A stretch of 64,000 nucleotides of DNA from Eledone cirrhosa (lineage: Eukaryota): positions 199,020,001 through 199,084,000 of the forward strand of contig OZ024742.1 of assembly GCA_964016885.1 (NCBI GenBank). Reading direction: 5' to 3'. A program made the translations under genes and the position numbers. Positions 39,471 to 53,495 of the stretch are shown one piece after another; the first letter of the stretch is position 1, and each line of letters opens with the position of its first letter. The notes beneath the pieces are model-generated. The model searched no databases and was not told where the DNA came from. It worked only from the letters and a program-made list of their open reading frames with translations.

Positions 39471-42400
39471 AAAAATGAAATTTATAGCTCACACTTATGT
39501 AGATTTAACTGGCCTTCTAAGAGGTTGTATCTCAGATTTCCCAGGATTTTAATGATAAGGGACCCAGTCCTATCATGAAAAGCAATGTGAAATGAAAGAT
39601 CCAGCTTAAGAACACAATGAGCTGCCCAGTCAAGGAATCAACCCACAACCTTATGATTGTGAATCCAACACCTTAACCACTATAGCACTCTTACTACATA
39701 ACTGAGGGTTTCATGGTTCAAATCCTATCACTGGTGTTCTAGACTAATGGTTCCCAAACATATTTTGTTAACAAGCTCTTATATAGTTTTCTAAAAATTC
39801 ACAGAACCTGTATCAATATTTTAAAGATAATCCCCACCACCATAATTTTAATAAGACATTTAACAAAACAAAAATGTTTTCGGGAGAAAAATTTATAAAA
39901 ATCACCAAACACTTTACAGCATGGACTAAGTGCATTCTTCATACCACCACACTAAAGAGGTTGTCTTACTGGATTCAAGGGTCCTCTCCACTCTGTATCA
40001 GTTTTTATTCAGAGTAGCTGCTCTTCTAGACAAGTTGCCTTTTCTATGACTTATGGGGCCCATGTCTGCCCTATATATATATATATAAATAATCATTATC
40101 ATTTTAATGTGTGCTTTCCCTGCTAGCAAGGGTTGGATGGGTCTAAATAGACCAAGTCAGTAGTGAAGCAGGGCGATTGATCTCAAAGATAGGTCAGGGA
40201 TCTGTGTCTTGGTTATGCACATCTCAAGTTCTATCGAGTGCACAGAAGAGGTTGTCATGTCCTTGACACAACTGAGGGACCTCCCAATCACTTTATTTGG
40301 CAAGTTTTCTATGGCTGGATGCCCTCCCTATTACCAACTACTTTACAGCGTGTACTGGGTGTGTTTATTGTGTAGTCACCAAACACTACGGAGGTTGCTG
40401 TACCATGGCATGACTAAAGGAACTCCTACTTTTTTTTCTCTTTCTCTCTCTCTCATGGAGATGAGAAAACTCATGAAAATGGGAGGTATAGTGATGGAGA
40501 GAATAGCTAAGGGGTGCTAGTGGAGGGACACAGGTGGGGTGCAGGGAGAAGCTATTAGGGTACTTAAGAGTTGGGGGGGGGGGGAAGCAGCTAAGGGATG
40601 AATACAGGAGGTGGCATGTAGTGATGGTGAGGATAGGTGTTAGGGAGTGCTAATGGAGGAAGCATTGGTGGAGTTAATAAGAGTGCTGAGAGTGGCTTGC
40701 AGAGTATGATAGTGAGAGCAGCAGCTAGGAGTGTGGGGCAGGCATGGGTGTGTGTGTGTGTGCTGTGTAATGTAGTGATGTTAAGAATAACTGTTAGTGA
40801 GTGCTAGTGGACGAAGGGACTCGAGGGTAGGTCAGACCACATTGTATGCTGCAGGTCAGATCTTGTTCAGCACAGCATAGCACCAGCCCTCACCCTCACC
40901 GTCTTTAGTAATTTCTGTTGTGAGGTTTATGTGTGTGTGTGTAAAAGGTAAACAGAAATAACAACACAATTGGTACATTATATAGAAGGGATATGTTAGT
41001 TTAACGCTTAAGGAAGAAGGTCTTATATATATATATTATTGCACTGGAACCTTATCAGTGACGTGACCAGGTCACAGAAACAGTGCAACAGAAATTTGGA
41101 CACCAAGACGAAATAACTGATAAATATAAAATGAATAGTTGTTTGTTTTCTTTGAATGGCTAAAATGACTGTTCCACGATATAATTGCATCAATTTCAAC
41201 ACAAGGTCCCAGATCAAATTCCTTATCAAACAAGCACAACTCCAAAATAAGGACTTTTATCAAATTTCATTAAAAGACACCTCATTTTGCGAAACATTGG
41301 TTTAAGATGTCTGTAACAAGGAAAGATAACTCATCAAGAGTTAACTATCTTCTGATAGTTCATAAATTCATATATCGTCAGTGGTCATCTTTGGTGTCTG
41401 TAACAAGGACAAGATAACTCTTGATGACTTAGCAACTAGCTTCTGATGATATATAGCTTACATCTGGTCATCAATTGTGTCTGTAGTAAAGATAAATAAC
41501 TCTCGCGGGATTATTCGATTTGATTGTAAAAAGATACAATCGCAGAAGACTTTTGGTGGTCTTGTAACCCACACTGACAACTTCTTAGTTATAATTTAAG
41601 TTACTGTTTGAAAATAAGTAGCCGCACACATCTCATTGAAAGAATCTTTATTGTTATTTATGGAGGTTTTTTTTTAATAAAAAAATTAATATTTACTTGT
41701 TTCTGTTTAGTTCCTGCCAAGCTAGGACCATTTCTATACAATATTAGTCCCAATTGTCTTTAAAGTACAGGTGAGATGTTGCGGAAAATTCATTCAATCC
41801 AGAGGGGTCATAAATGGATAAAGTTTGAGAAATTCTGGGATATGATATGATAAGACAAAGTACACAAGAAATTTGAGAAAATCGAAGCTGGCTAAACCTA
41901 TAGAAATGTAGAGCTATAATAACAGATATGTTCTACTAATGTAAGCAGTGGGAACACTGTATAAAGTAGACATATGTTTCGTTAGTTTGTGCTGCCATCA
42001 ACAAATCCTTCACTGATGGTCAGAATCTATCCATCCACAGGGTCCTTAAAAACTTGATGGAGTTGTAAATGCATTGAAATCTGGAACACAATTGATATTT
42101 CTTCCAAACAAAAAAAAAAGGGGAGGGGGTTTAGAATCAATCCTAGTACAGGACTTGTACTCTAATTATCAACCTCAGTAAGATTTGAACTAGGTCTTGC
42201 AGAGAGCCAGAATGACTACCACAAAGCATTCTATCCAACGTTCTAATGACTCCTCTGCCAATTTGCAACATTACAATGGCCTGAATAAAGCAACAACTAT
42301 CGCTGTATTCTTTATTAAATCATCATATGGAAGTGAAGAACAACAACAGCCCTATATTCTACTACACTAACATTAAATACTATACAAATAACTCAGGTGG

Positions 42401-42742
42401 CTGCCCATATCAGCTGGCAGACAATCCTATATCTTCCACTCCACAGTTTAGAACTTATTTTTATCAACCCACAAAGAATGAAAGACAAAGTTGCCCTCTG
42501 CAGGATTTGAACTAAGAGTGCAGGGAACTGGAATAAATATCACAAGGCATCTCATCCAACACTGACAATTCCACCAAACCATCATCATGGACTAGTACTT
42601 AGACAAAAAAAAAAAAAAGCAAAATGAAACCCGTGTGTTTTACATGATTTTAAAGTGTTTTTTGTACAAATTAAGAATGTGAGATGTGTACAACCAGCAT
42701 AAATATGACTACCAAAACAACCAAAATGTTACACATACTTAC

Positions 42743-42796
42743 GTATATCTATATTTTTCACCACTGATAAGCATTTTAGAATAAACATTTTGTAAA
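42743..42796 (-). CDS. SLC35E2: SLC35E2-like transporter, 54-nt exon absent from the ORF track
   Basis: tgtttcag / gtaagt boundaries; (C)LQNVYSKMLISGEKYRY(T); bridges the flanking exons in phase. Confidence 0.93.
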
Positions 42797-43694
42797 CTGA
42801 AACAGAAGAGTAACAGATAAGAATTAATTTGTTGCAGAAAATTGATGTAAAATCAGAGAAAGACATGAGACATAGTTGTATGTATTGTCCTGTAACTCCT
42901 GATAAATTTGTAGAGACATTTTAAGCCTGGCGGAGCCCATCCCTCTCCAAGCCTGAGTACAGCAAATTTCTTCCAGAGAAATGAGAAAGAGATAAAGAAG
43001 AAGAATTGACCCCAGTACTAGATTGGTGCTTTATTTTTATTGACCTCGAAAGGATGAAAAGCAGGATTTGAACTAAGGGAGCAGAGAGCCACAATGGATA
43101 CCATAAAGCATTCTATCCAACTTTATAACGACTCTGCCAATTCACTGACTATAGACATAGTTACAAAAGACTAATAACGCTAAGCCAAGAGAAAGGGAAG
43201 ATGGATGCCACATACATATATATTACTTTATATAATTTACTTGTTTCAGTCATTTGCCTGCAGCCATGCTGGAGCACCACTTTGATTTTAGTTGATCATA
43301 TCTACTCCAGTATTTATTTTTGTCAAGTCTGGTTCTTATTTTAACGATCTCTTTTTTTGTCAATCTGCTAAGTTACAGGACATAAACACACACAGAGGCA
43401 TCAAATTGTTAGAATATTGGCTAGAATGTTTTGAAGTATTTGTTCTGGCTCAAATACCACCAAGGTCATCTTTGCCTTTCATCCTTCTGAAGTAAATAAA
43501 AAAAAAAGTACCAAACCAGTACAGGGGTTGATTCTTCCTCTATATCCCTTTCTCACTTCTTCTCTATCACGCCCTCCTGCTTCTTTTCTGGGAGAAATTG
43601 CCAGTGTTTAAACCTGGAGAGAGATGGGCTCTGCAAGGTTTAAAACACTATGTCACTATGTTACTCCAAAAACTCCACCAAGAGTTACTGGTCT

Positions 43695-43728
<34 letters not shown>

Positions 43729-44034
43729 TAGTTTGGACATTCTGTCCTGAAAATCTTTAATTAATGTTCCATTATGTATATGAACCAACAAAGTTGAATC
43801 TTCAATGTCACTGCCACTTTCCTTTGTAGAAAATAAAATTTGCAGTACTTCATGTATTGAGTGCTCATTCAGTTAAAGTTTGAATGTCTTCACTACAATC
43901 TTATTTAAAACACCAACTAATACATATATGTACACATACATATGATGGATGCAGCCACATAATTTGGGGTTCTAGCCCACTGTATGTCACCATGAAATCA
44001 AATTTTACTAGATAGAAATTATACAAAACCGATC

Positions 44035-44065
<31 letters not shown>

Positions 44066-44066
44066 A

Positions 44067-44104
<38 letters not shown>

Positions 44105-45050
44105 ATCATCACCAGTTTAGCGGTTTAATGTCAATTTTTGTCTGTGCTAGCATGGGTTAGACGAGTTGTCCCATTGAGAAAAGTCAGATCAGATGACCAT
44201 ATCTTTCTTGTAGAGAACTGTTTCTGGCTTGGTTTTTACAGCTGGATGCCCATCCTAATACCAACCACACTTACTGTGTGGACTGGGTGTTTTTTTATCA
44301 AGACACCCAAACAACCACTTTACGGTGTGGACTGGGTGCTTTTTGTCACGTTATCAACTCGACCACTTTACAGTGAGGGCTGGACGCTTTTTGTTGTGGC
44401 ACAAAGATGACCACTTTACAGTGGGGAAGGTGCGTGTAGGTAGGATGGGAATTGGAGAGATAAGACATGGGAGGTGTATGGCAGGGTGAGGGGAAGAAGT
44501 GGTTCCTACTAGAGACCACTAGATGTTTGCTCCAACCCGTGTACATAGGAAGGTGGGTCTTCAGCATTACTGTATTATATATATATTGCCACGTATATCC
44601 CTGTTTTTAGAATAGGTACACCATATCCCTGTGTGCCATTAGAGGTGACCAAAAGGGTTGGCATTTGAAAGGGCATCAAGCTGTAAAACATTGGAAAAGT
44701 GGATGAAAAAGTGATGATGATGATAATGTGTGTGTGAGTGTATCTGCATATATGTGTGTATGTTTGTCTTTTCATTTCACATCTCACCCCATTGTCATAG
44801 GTCATGATATTTGTTTATGTCCCATATAAATGAAAGTCCCACAACTCAGTGTTCAATGGGAGATCATTTGTAGTGCCATACTTTAAAAAAATAATGTTGA
44901 CATCAAGGGTATCTAGTCATAGAAAAAATGCCCTCAAATTCTCATCCCACACATACCAGCATGGAAAATGCTATGATGATGGTGGTGAGGGTGATTATGG
45001 AATGATGATAGAAATGGATTATATTTCAGTGAATATATATATATATATAT

Positions 45051-45246
45051 AGGACGAGTAGGACCCCGACGGCTGAGCTCAAGCCGTTTTAACGGCTAAT
45101 TCTGGACTTAGTCCAGAATTAGCCGTTGAAACGGCTTGAGCTCAGCCGTCGGGGTCCTACTCGTTCCTATTACCCACTCTACTACCCTAAGTATTGAGTA
45201 CTTTGGTGCGTTATGGTCCACCTGGTTCCTTACCACATTACCTTCG

Positions 45247-45247
<1 letters not shown>
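45051..45247 (+). mobile_element. Second copy of the 137-bp (TA)n-embedded repeat, with an inverted duplication of its 5' part
   Basis: ~57-bp arms 45051-45107 and 45111-45168 around tta; flanked by (TA)n on both sides. Confidence 0.85.
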
Positions 45248-45278
<31 letters not shown>

Positions 45279-45469
45279 CAGAAATTGATTATATGTTAGG
45301 TTAATAGAACAAAAATCAATGACTATTAAAAATATAATTATCAATTAAACTCAAGAGCCATTAAATACGATCAAAGGCTTACATCATCAGCTTCATTTTA
45401 CCATGCTTTGGTTGAATGGGTCATCAGTCTGAGACAACATGGGCAGATACCCTCGTCTTACTCATACAT

Positions 45470-46199
45470 TCAATCTCAATACGTCTTCTTGTGAACGTGA
45501 TTATTGTCAACAGCGATTTGCGTTAGACAAAGCACATCTCTAAAATTGTTAAGAAAGCTGAGGGTGTCTTAACATCACTCAGTCAGACCTTTGTCAGCTG
45601 CTTTCCAGCTATCTAATTAAAGCTGTATATAGCTATGGTGCAGCCACAGTTAGAATTTACATCACCAATCTGGAACCCCTATCTTGCTCAGAACATTGAC
45701 CTCCTGGAAATTGTTCAGAGACGTGCAAGAAAATGAATACCCTCCATCAGGCATCTACCACACTATGAATGCCTTGCTTCCCTGGGCATGAATACATTAA
45801 AGCTTCAACTTCTGGCAACCGACTTGGTAGACACCCAAAATATTATTAACCATCTTTCCAACAACCCTGAGCACCCTTTTGAATTCCATGTGTCTAACAC
45901 ACACAAACATGCTTACAAAACCAGAAAACAGTACAGCTCCTGTGACTTTTAGAAACATTTCTCATGCTTAGAGTTGCTGTCAGGACACTGCATCCCTCAA
46001 AATGTCCATGCTTCCCGAAATTCACCAACACTACACGAGGTATTCCCCCTCCATACACACACATGCTTGTATCTCTGTGTATATCATGACTCACACTGCT
46101 CACTTTCCTGACATTTGTACATTATTTTATGTACTATACATGCACCTTTGATTAATTGTAGTGTACCTTTGCACTGTCCACAATAATTTCATTATTATT
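45470..46199 (+). mobile_element. Degraded CR1 3' fragment
   Basis: Aligns by eye with 9245-10115; ends caataatttcattattatt. Confidence 0.9.
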
Positions 46200-46289
46200 C
46201 CAGTTTGGTATGGTTTCTATTGCTGCATGTTGCTCTTCCTAACACCATCTATTTCACAGAATGTTCATCCTATTTTTGAAGTATAGGGA

Positions 46290-48140
46290 GGTTCATCATC
46301 CTGAGATCAGCTCTCATCACTTCTGTCTAAGCTTTCCTCAGTCTTCCTTCCACTTAGAATTTCTGGAATTTCTTTACCCAACAATTATCCATATGCATCA
46401 CATGTCTGCACCAGCACAATTTTCTCTTGTGAACATTATATCTGATTCCTGATACCCCATTTTTCTTTCTTTCTAGCTTTCAAAAATTCTTTCCATTCAA
46501 GGCCCATTTCTCACTACCATACAATAGTACACTTTGTACACAAGCATCTATTCTTTGCTAAAAAACAACAACAACTGTGTTGCCATTCTTATTCTGGCAA
46601 CTATACTCCACCAATTTGGTCACATAGACTAAAGAAGCTATAAACTACTTCTATGGAGTGTTCCTTGGATTGGAAAAAGTTAATTTTATTCCTACTCTCA
46701 CTATTTCTGTGCATCTGCCACACACAAACTATCTTTTCTCTGTTAGCCTGTTTGTGATGTCACTACATCACTTGGGCACCCAAAGTTTACATTGGATGTG
46801 CTGAATGGAGTTTATACCTTTTCTTTTTCTGCAAATTTAACACAGCACTTTTATTAATCCTGCCTTCTTTACTACTTACTAAGACTTTGATTTTTGCTGA
46901 GATTACTCTAAGGCCTTTTAATTCTAGGTTTTGTTTCCATCTCTAGAATCCATTCACTAGATCATCTGTAGATTCAGCTATATAAGTATTAAGTCATCAG
47001 CATGGACAACTGGACAAACTCCTCTGTTAAGACCTGAAAACAGTAGTGGGCTGTGGACTGAGCCTTGATGAATATCTACCTGTACACAGAATTCCTCACT
47101 AAACTCATTTCCTACTCCCACTTTACTGACAGCTCCTCTGTACATGGCTTGCACAGCTCTCACAAGCCACTCATCTACACCTAGTTTTCTTAAAGATTAC
47201 TCGACAACAGATTGTGGCACACTGTCAAAGGCCTTCTCTGAATCAATAGCTAGATATAGAAGTTTATGCTTATCTAGGAGCTTCTCTTGTAGTTGTCTCA
47301 TTAAGAGGGAACTGGTGGTAATCCTTCCTTGTCAAAACCAAACTGCACCTCATCTAAATTGATTCTTTCTTTAATTAGTTGTGCTATCACTGTCATTTCT
47401 ATAACTTGATCCACTAGTTTAATGCTTCTGTAGTTGCTCCTTTCTAGAACATTGCATTTGCCCTTTGTAACAATTAATGATTACACTGCTACACCAGTCA
47501 TTAGGAAAGACACTAACTTGTATTACTTGATTAACTATGTGAGTGACTAACTTGAGTCCTACTTCAGATATTTTTAGCATCTCAATGACTATCTCTGATG
47601 GTCCAGTAGCTTTTCCCTTTTTCATATCTCAGATGGCTTCATTAACCATACAACTATTAATTTTGACAGCCAGCCCTCTGTTGGGTTTATGGGGGGGGTT
47701 CATCTGTGGGGTCTACCGAGAGTAGTCCTTCTCTTCCACTCATTTTCCATATCCATCAACTTCTTATATCATTTCCAAGCATCTTTCTTCTGAGTATCAA
47801 TGTCATTCAGAACACACTTTTCCCGAACAAGATTCACACTGACACACTGCTTTGCAATGCAATGTAGAAGACCTCACAACTTGATCTTTACAATGTAGAA
47901 CATTGGCAAGCTTGTTGCTTTCAGCTTCTCTCCATACTATGTAAACCTGCCATCTAGCTTTTCTTCTACCTACTTGATACTGTTCTTTGTTGCGCTCTTT
48001 CTTCCAGTCTTCCCAGTCCAGTTTTTTTGTTTTTATGGCCCTTTTTACAATACCGTCTCACCACCAAGTCACTTTTCTTCTGACAGGAACCTGGCTCTAG
48101 CCACAGATCTCAGTGGCCAACAACTTTCAATTGTCCTTTA
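46290..48140 (-). mobile_element. Degraded RTE LINE (RT region)
   Basis: ORFs 47419..47625 (MKKGKATGPSEIVIEMLK) and 46978..47163 (HQGSVHSPLLF...HADDL). Confidence 0.85.
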
Positions 48141-48145
48141 TATGA

Positions 48146-49830
48146 CAGGTTCTCAACCCATTTAGGCCGTTTGTCCCTCAAAATCACGAAACGCCCCTCC
48201 TACCCTATTTTTCCATTTTTCAATATACTACTGATTTTGATATCAGTAGATTACTAAATTGATTAACAATATTCCAAAGATACCATTGCAGGCAGTTGAG
48301 AGTATAAATACATTCCTTGAAAGGAAATATATAAATTTTAAAAAAAAGGAACATAAATGTTCTTTTTTATGAATAAGGAGCAATGAATTTGTTATATTCC
48401 CACCAGGCGATGCCAGCTATTTTGAACATTTATACAAGAGCAACTCTGTATCCCAAGTGTGCGCTTATCTGGAAGAAAGTGGCAATTATATCATTTCAAA
48501 GCTTTTCAATGTTCTCTTTAATGAAATGGACAGGATAAATGTTGATATCTAACTTGATGTCCCCTTCGCTTTGTGAGCTTAGAGACCACGGAAGAGGGTT
48601 TTCATGACCACGTAAGAGGGTATATTTATTAGTAAATGGTAAAATATGTACAACAAATGAGTAAGTGAATTGAAGTAGATGGTTTCCAGTCCAGTCAGAC
48701 TGCAAGTACAAATAAAAAAATTGTTAGTTTGCTTTGTAACAATAGCATATCCAAGTTTTTGGATAAATCAACTTACTTTAACTTTGACCTTATTTCAATG
48801 GGACCCTTGAGCTTCATGAAGTCTAGCTAATTCTTTGACACCAGGCTGGATTTTCGTAAGATGTAGCCGGAGATCTCCACATGTAATTACATTGTAGTGG
48901 TTGCGAGCCTTACTGTACAGTTTGGAAACAGCGCCAAACCCCATCTCGACTAAGTATGAGCTTGGAAAAGGCAGAGCAAATCTCTTAGCCTCTGCATGTT
49001 GGTGTGGAAATCGACGCTGAATTCCCTCTTGCATCCTAAAAAGGGGTTCACCTATTTTGGGAAATCTAATTTTGATCATGTCATCTGCTTGAAGTTCAAT
49101 GAATTCTTCCTGAAATTTAACGTCCAAATCATCGACGGTAGCTATGAAGGCATCTGCTATCCTTATTGGGATGTCCATCGGCAAAAGGTCGACAAACCGT
49201 TCTCTCATGTTCTCTTGTAGCACATGGAGGTGAGTGGTATAAATTTGGAGTTGGTCATTGCTTACAATGTTTTGAACATTGACAACACTAGGAAAATTAT
49301 AGAATTCCCATCAACAAAGATTCTTTTCGATGACATTCAATTTGGCCAGGAATGTTTTCACAGCATTCCTTGCTTTAAGCAAGGTGATCTTCTCCTGCAA
49401 AGCCAAAATGACGCTATTCATTTGTTGAAGATGTTGCCTCACATCGAGGGTTTTTTTGTACAGTTCTGTGTTGCGTCCTCGCAGAAACTCAATGATAGAG
49501 TCGAAGAGTTCAAAGAAGTGAGTAAAGCACTTGCCCTTTGAAAGCCACCTCACTTCAGTATGAAGGAGCAACTTGACGAATTCTTCGTCATTATCTTGGC
49601 ACAGTTGCTGGAAAATTCGTTCATTGAGGGAATGCCGTTTAATAAAATTGATGACATCAATGGCCACCTGCAAGGACTTGCTCAGCGACTCGCTGAGTTT
49701 CTTCACAGCCAAGTGTTGTCGATGAATAACACAATGAATAGCAAATACAGATAGATTTTCTCTCTTCAGAAGAGTGACAAAACCCTTATGTTGGCCGATC
49801 ATTGCGCTTGCGTCGTCCGTAGCACTTGAT
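48146..49830 (-). mobile_element. hAT (Buster/ZBED5-SCAND3-like) transposase relic, C-terminal part
   Basis: IHCVIHRQHL, LLLHTEVRWLSKG, LPFPSSYLVEMGF, GDLRLHLTKIQP; TIR-like caggttctcaacc at ~48145; frameshifted. Confidence 0.88.
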
Positions 49831-49834
49831 ACAA

Positions 49835-50203
49835 TGTGCGTTGTATGTGGCCCTAGATGTATGTATTACCTGCCTGTATGTTGTATGTAGTCCTACATGT
49901 ATGTATTAGCTGCTTATGTATTGCATGTGGTCCTAGCTGTATGTATTACCTCCTTATGTGTTGTATGTGGTCCTAGATGTATGTATTACCTGATTATGTG
50001 TTGTATGTGGTCCTAGATGTATGTATTACCTGCCTGTGTGTTGAATGTGGTCCTAGATGTGTGTGCTACTTCCTTATGTGTTGCATGTGGTCCTAGATGT
50101 GTGTATTACCTGCTTATGTGTTGTATATGGTCCTATATGCGTGCATTTACCTGCTTATGTGTTGTATGTGGTCCTAGATGTGTGTATTATCTGATTATGT
50201 GTG
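49835..50203. repeat. 40-bp minisatellite, about 9 units
   Basis: Unit tgtgttgtatgtggtcctagatgtatgtattacctgctta. Confidence 0.93.
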
Positions 50204-50450
50204 CAGTATCTTTCACTTTAGTGTTCATTTTTATCTAAAAACCTTCCATCATATATTTTATGTAAGAACCTTTGTTGTTTCAAACACCATCTTAACAATG
50301 AGAAAGTTAATTATATTACTAAATCCCTCCAATTACTTGATTATTTTCAAAATTAATTGAATCATCATCATTATCATCATCATAATCATCATCATCGTTT
50401 AAGGTTCATTTTTCCATGCTGGCATCGGTTATATATGTATATATATCTGA

Positions 50451-53400
50451 AATAATAGTGGATGCTTCTATGCATTTAGTATTGTATCAATCTAAACTAT
50501 TATATTTTACGCCCGATAATTTGATTTGATCGGTTGAGTGCTTTGTTGGTCGAGTGAAGTAGTTTTATTTTTAGCATCTTACTGTCAATTTACCCTAAAA
50601 CAATCTAGTCTGTTATACTGCTGTAAAATTTATAGTAGCTATTCTAACAGCACATATGCATTTCGGTGGAAAAGACTTGGACTTTTGGTTGCTTGTTCTT
50701 AGGACTTGTCTGCTGATGAGATCCCTGTGAAGTCCTAATTGTTAATTAGCAATGTTTTTGGCAAGATCAAAATCGTAGTCAGGGGGGTTTGAAATGTTAA
50801 ATCTGTAGTGACCTACATTCCACGGGCTCATATACATTCTCTGTGCGTTATTTCGCTCAGCCCAGCCAATGACCACCAGAGGAGGAGAATGTATCTCTAC
50901 GCGCCCTGAGGGAAAAATTCCCGCGTCAGCTAAAAAAATCTCTCTCTTGCAGCCTGACCATGAAAAGGTAAACAACTATTTTTATTTCGCCGTGAAATCA
51001 CTAGCCAATATGTAACAACAATTTAACCACGGCCTGGCAACACTTCAGCCAGTAGACCGTGCCTTTCTGAAATATTAATTCGTTTGTCTTATTTCTCTTG
51101 GCATGTCAGCTCTACTCAGCTCAACCTTTGTTAATAAATAACATAAAAACAAGCTAAAGTCGTTGTCGATATTCCTATCATATCTTTCTACCGAACTGGT
51201 TACTCGTGGCGCTATAACTATTACATCACTACTTCTATAACTCTGCTAAACTGGTAATTATAATAGCACTACTACATTTATATAAAACCGCTACTGCTAC
51301 AATTTAATATATGATACACACCACATCTTTCTGTTAAAAGAGGTGACCCCGGAAAAAAAAAAAAATAGGAACTGGTATTGCATGTTATAAAATATTTTTA
51401 AAAAAAATTAATTAGCAGTATTTCACAAAAATTTTTTAAACACGAACACGAGGAAATTTTAAAATGGCTACCAACAAGTCCTCTACCATCAACTGTCAAC
51501 AAGATCAGCAGCAGCAACACATGGTTAACTACTAACCAACAACAGGGAATAGCGATATGGCAGCTTTATAGCCTTACCGACGCAACCACCACACCTTCTG
51601 TTTCGCTACAGCGGTGACTCGAGAATTAAAACAACAACAGTTTTCTCACCACTATGGCGTCAGATGTGGCGTTCATAATATTGGTGACTCTAAAGTTGTC
51701 TTCAGCTGTTCGACTTCGATTCTACAGAAGATTTACTGTGACTTCGCTTCGATAACAACAACAACAACAATTCTACTAGCTTCCCAAAGAAATTTCAAAG
51801 AAAAGAAAAGGCAAACTTTTTGTTAAAAAAACAATTCTTTCTTTCTTTTTTTTACAAGCAATGTTGGACATTTTTTCTTGAAAATTCAATTTTCTGCATC
51901 ATTGTATATTTGACTGCACGCACACATTTTCTTTGCTGTATTACATGCCTGCATATGCACACACATTTCTTTGACACACACCAACATGTTGTTGTCTATA
52001 GTATATGATATTCAAACGTAATATTCTGCGAGATCCCTTTTCAATTTGTGGAGACACCAAAACATGCTATTGACACTTGCAGCTTAACTCACCTGCACCG
52101 CAACACGAGAATGCTAATTGCAGCTGGATTCAAACAGTTCCGCATCTTGTTGCACACTCATTGTCCTATAGCATAACAACCTCCATCTTGTTACTTTACC
52201 CGACTCACTGGGAAAACAACAAATGGAACTGCACCTGCCAGCATTTCTACCATTTCTCCTATGGATTCGCCAGAATTATGGAATTACCATTCCAACTACT
52301 ACCCACCTACAGATTCAACTTGCTTTTTTTCTTTTCAAAGCAACCAGCCATTTTTTTCCTGGCTGCCTAGCACTTCCGGCAATTCATCTGGGAGGCCGAC
52401 AATTTCTCGCTTACCCATCATCTTGCCAGCTTTGCTACATTTACCATAACAGCTCTGGTAAAACATGAACAGCACCATCATTGACAACACCTACTGGTAA
52501 ACTACCATAACAGCTTCATCCACAGCTTATTAACATTTAATGCAAGAACAGCAACTTCACCCATGTCAGACTTTATCCGTTTTCTGTTAGATCCCTGGCG
52601 ATCACGTATAAATAGCAAAACAGCTAGTCATTGGACACAGCGGCTCAACACGGCCCTTAGCGCCTCATTTTTTTTCTTGCATGCATTCTTTTGTTCAATT
52701 TTTTTTTCATTGATGTGCTCTTTCAGCATTTTTCCCTGCTGATTCAATAATCTGTATCGTTTTGCGACGAGGAAGGGGGTATTGTAGTGACCTACATTCC
52801 GCGGGCTCATATACATTCTCTGTGCATTATTTCGCTCAGCCCAGCAATGACCGCCAGTGGAGGAGAATGTATCTCTATGCGCCCTGAGGGAAAAATTCCC
52901 GCATCAGCTAAAAAAAAATCTCTCTTGCAGGTAAACAACTATTTTTATTTCGCCGTGAAATCACTAGCCAATATGTAACAACAACATAACCACGGCCTGG
53001 CAACACTTCAGCCAGTAGACCGTGCCTTTCTGAAATCTTAATTCGTTTGTCTTATTTCTCTTGGCATGTCAGCTCTACTCAGCTCAACCTTTATTAATAA
53101 ATAACATAAAAACAAGCTAAAGACGTTGTCGATATTCCTATCATATCTTTCTACCGAACTGGTTACTCGTGGCGCTATAACTATTACATTACTACATCTA
53201 TATAATACTGCTAAGACGGAGGAGTATATAAGTATGAAATGCTCCTTTAAAATATATATATACATCAACCATACTTGCTGTTAAAAGTCTTTTAACATTT
53301 TCATTGTTGATTTTTAAAAATTTCTTAGTCCCCCTCTTATGTTCTATTTGGGTATTGACACTTCACAACTGTATCACAGAGTTTGCTCCGATTCAGGTTT

Positions 53401-53495
53401 TCACCACAGTTATTATAGAGCAAGTTTTGTGAGCGACATGATCGGAATAATAGTGGATGCTTCTATGCATTTAGTATTGCATTGATCTAAATTCC

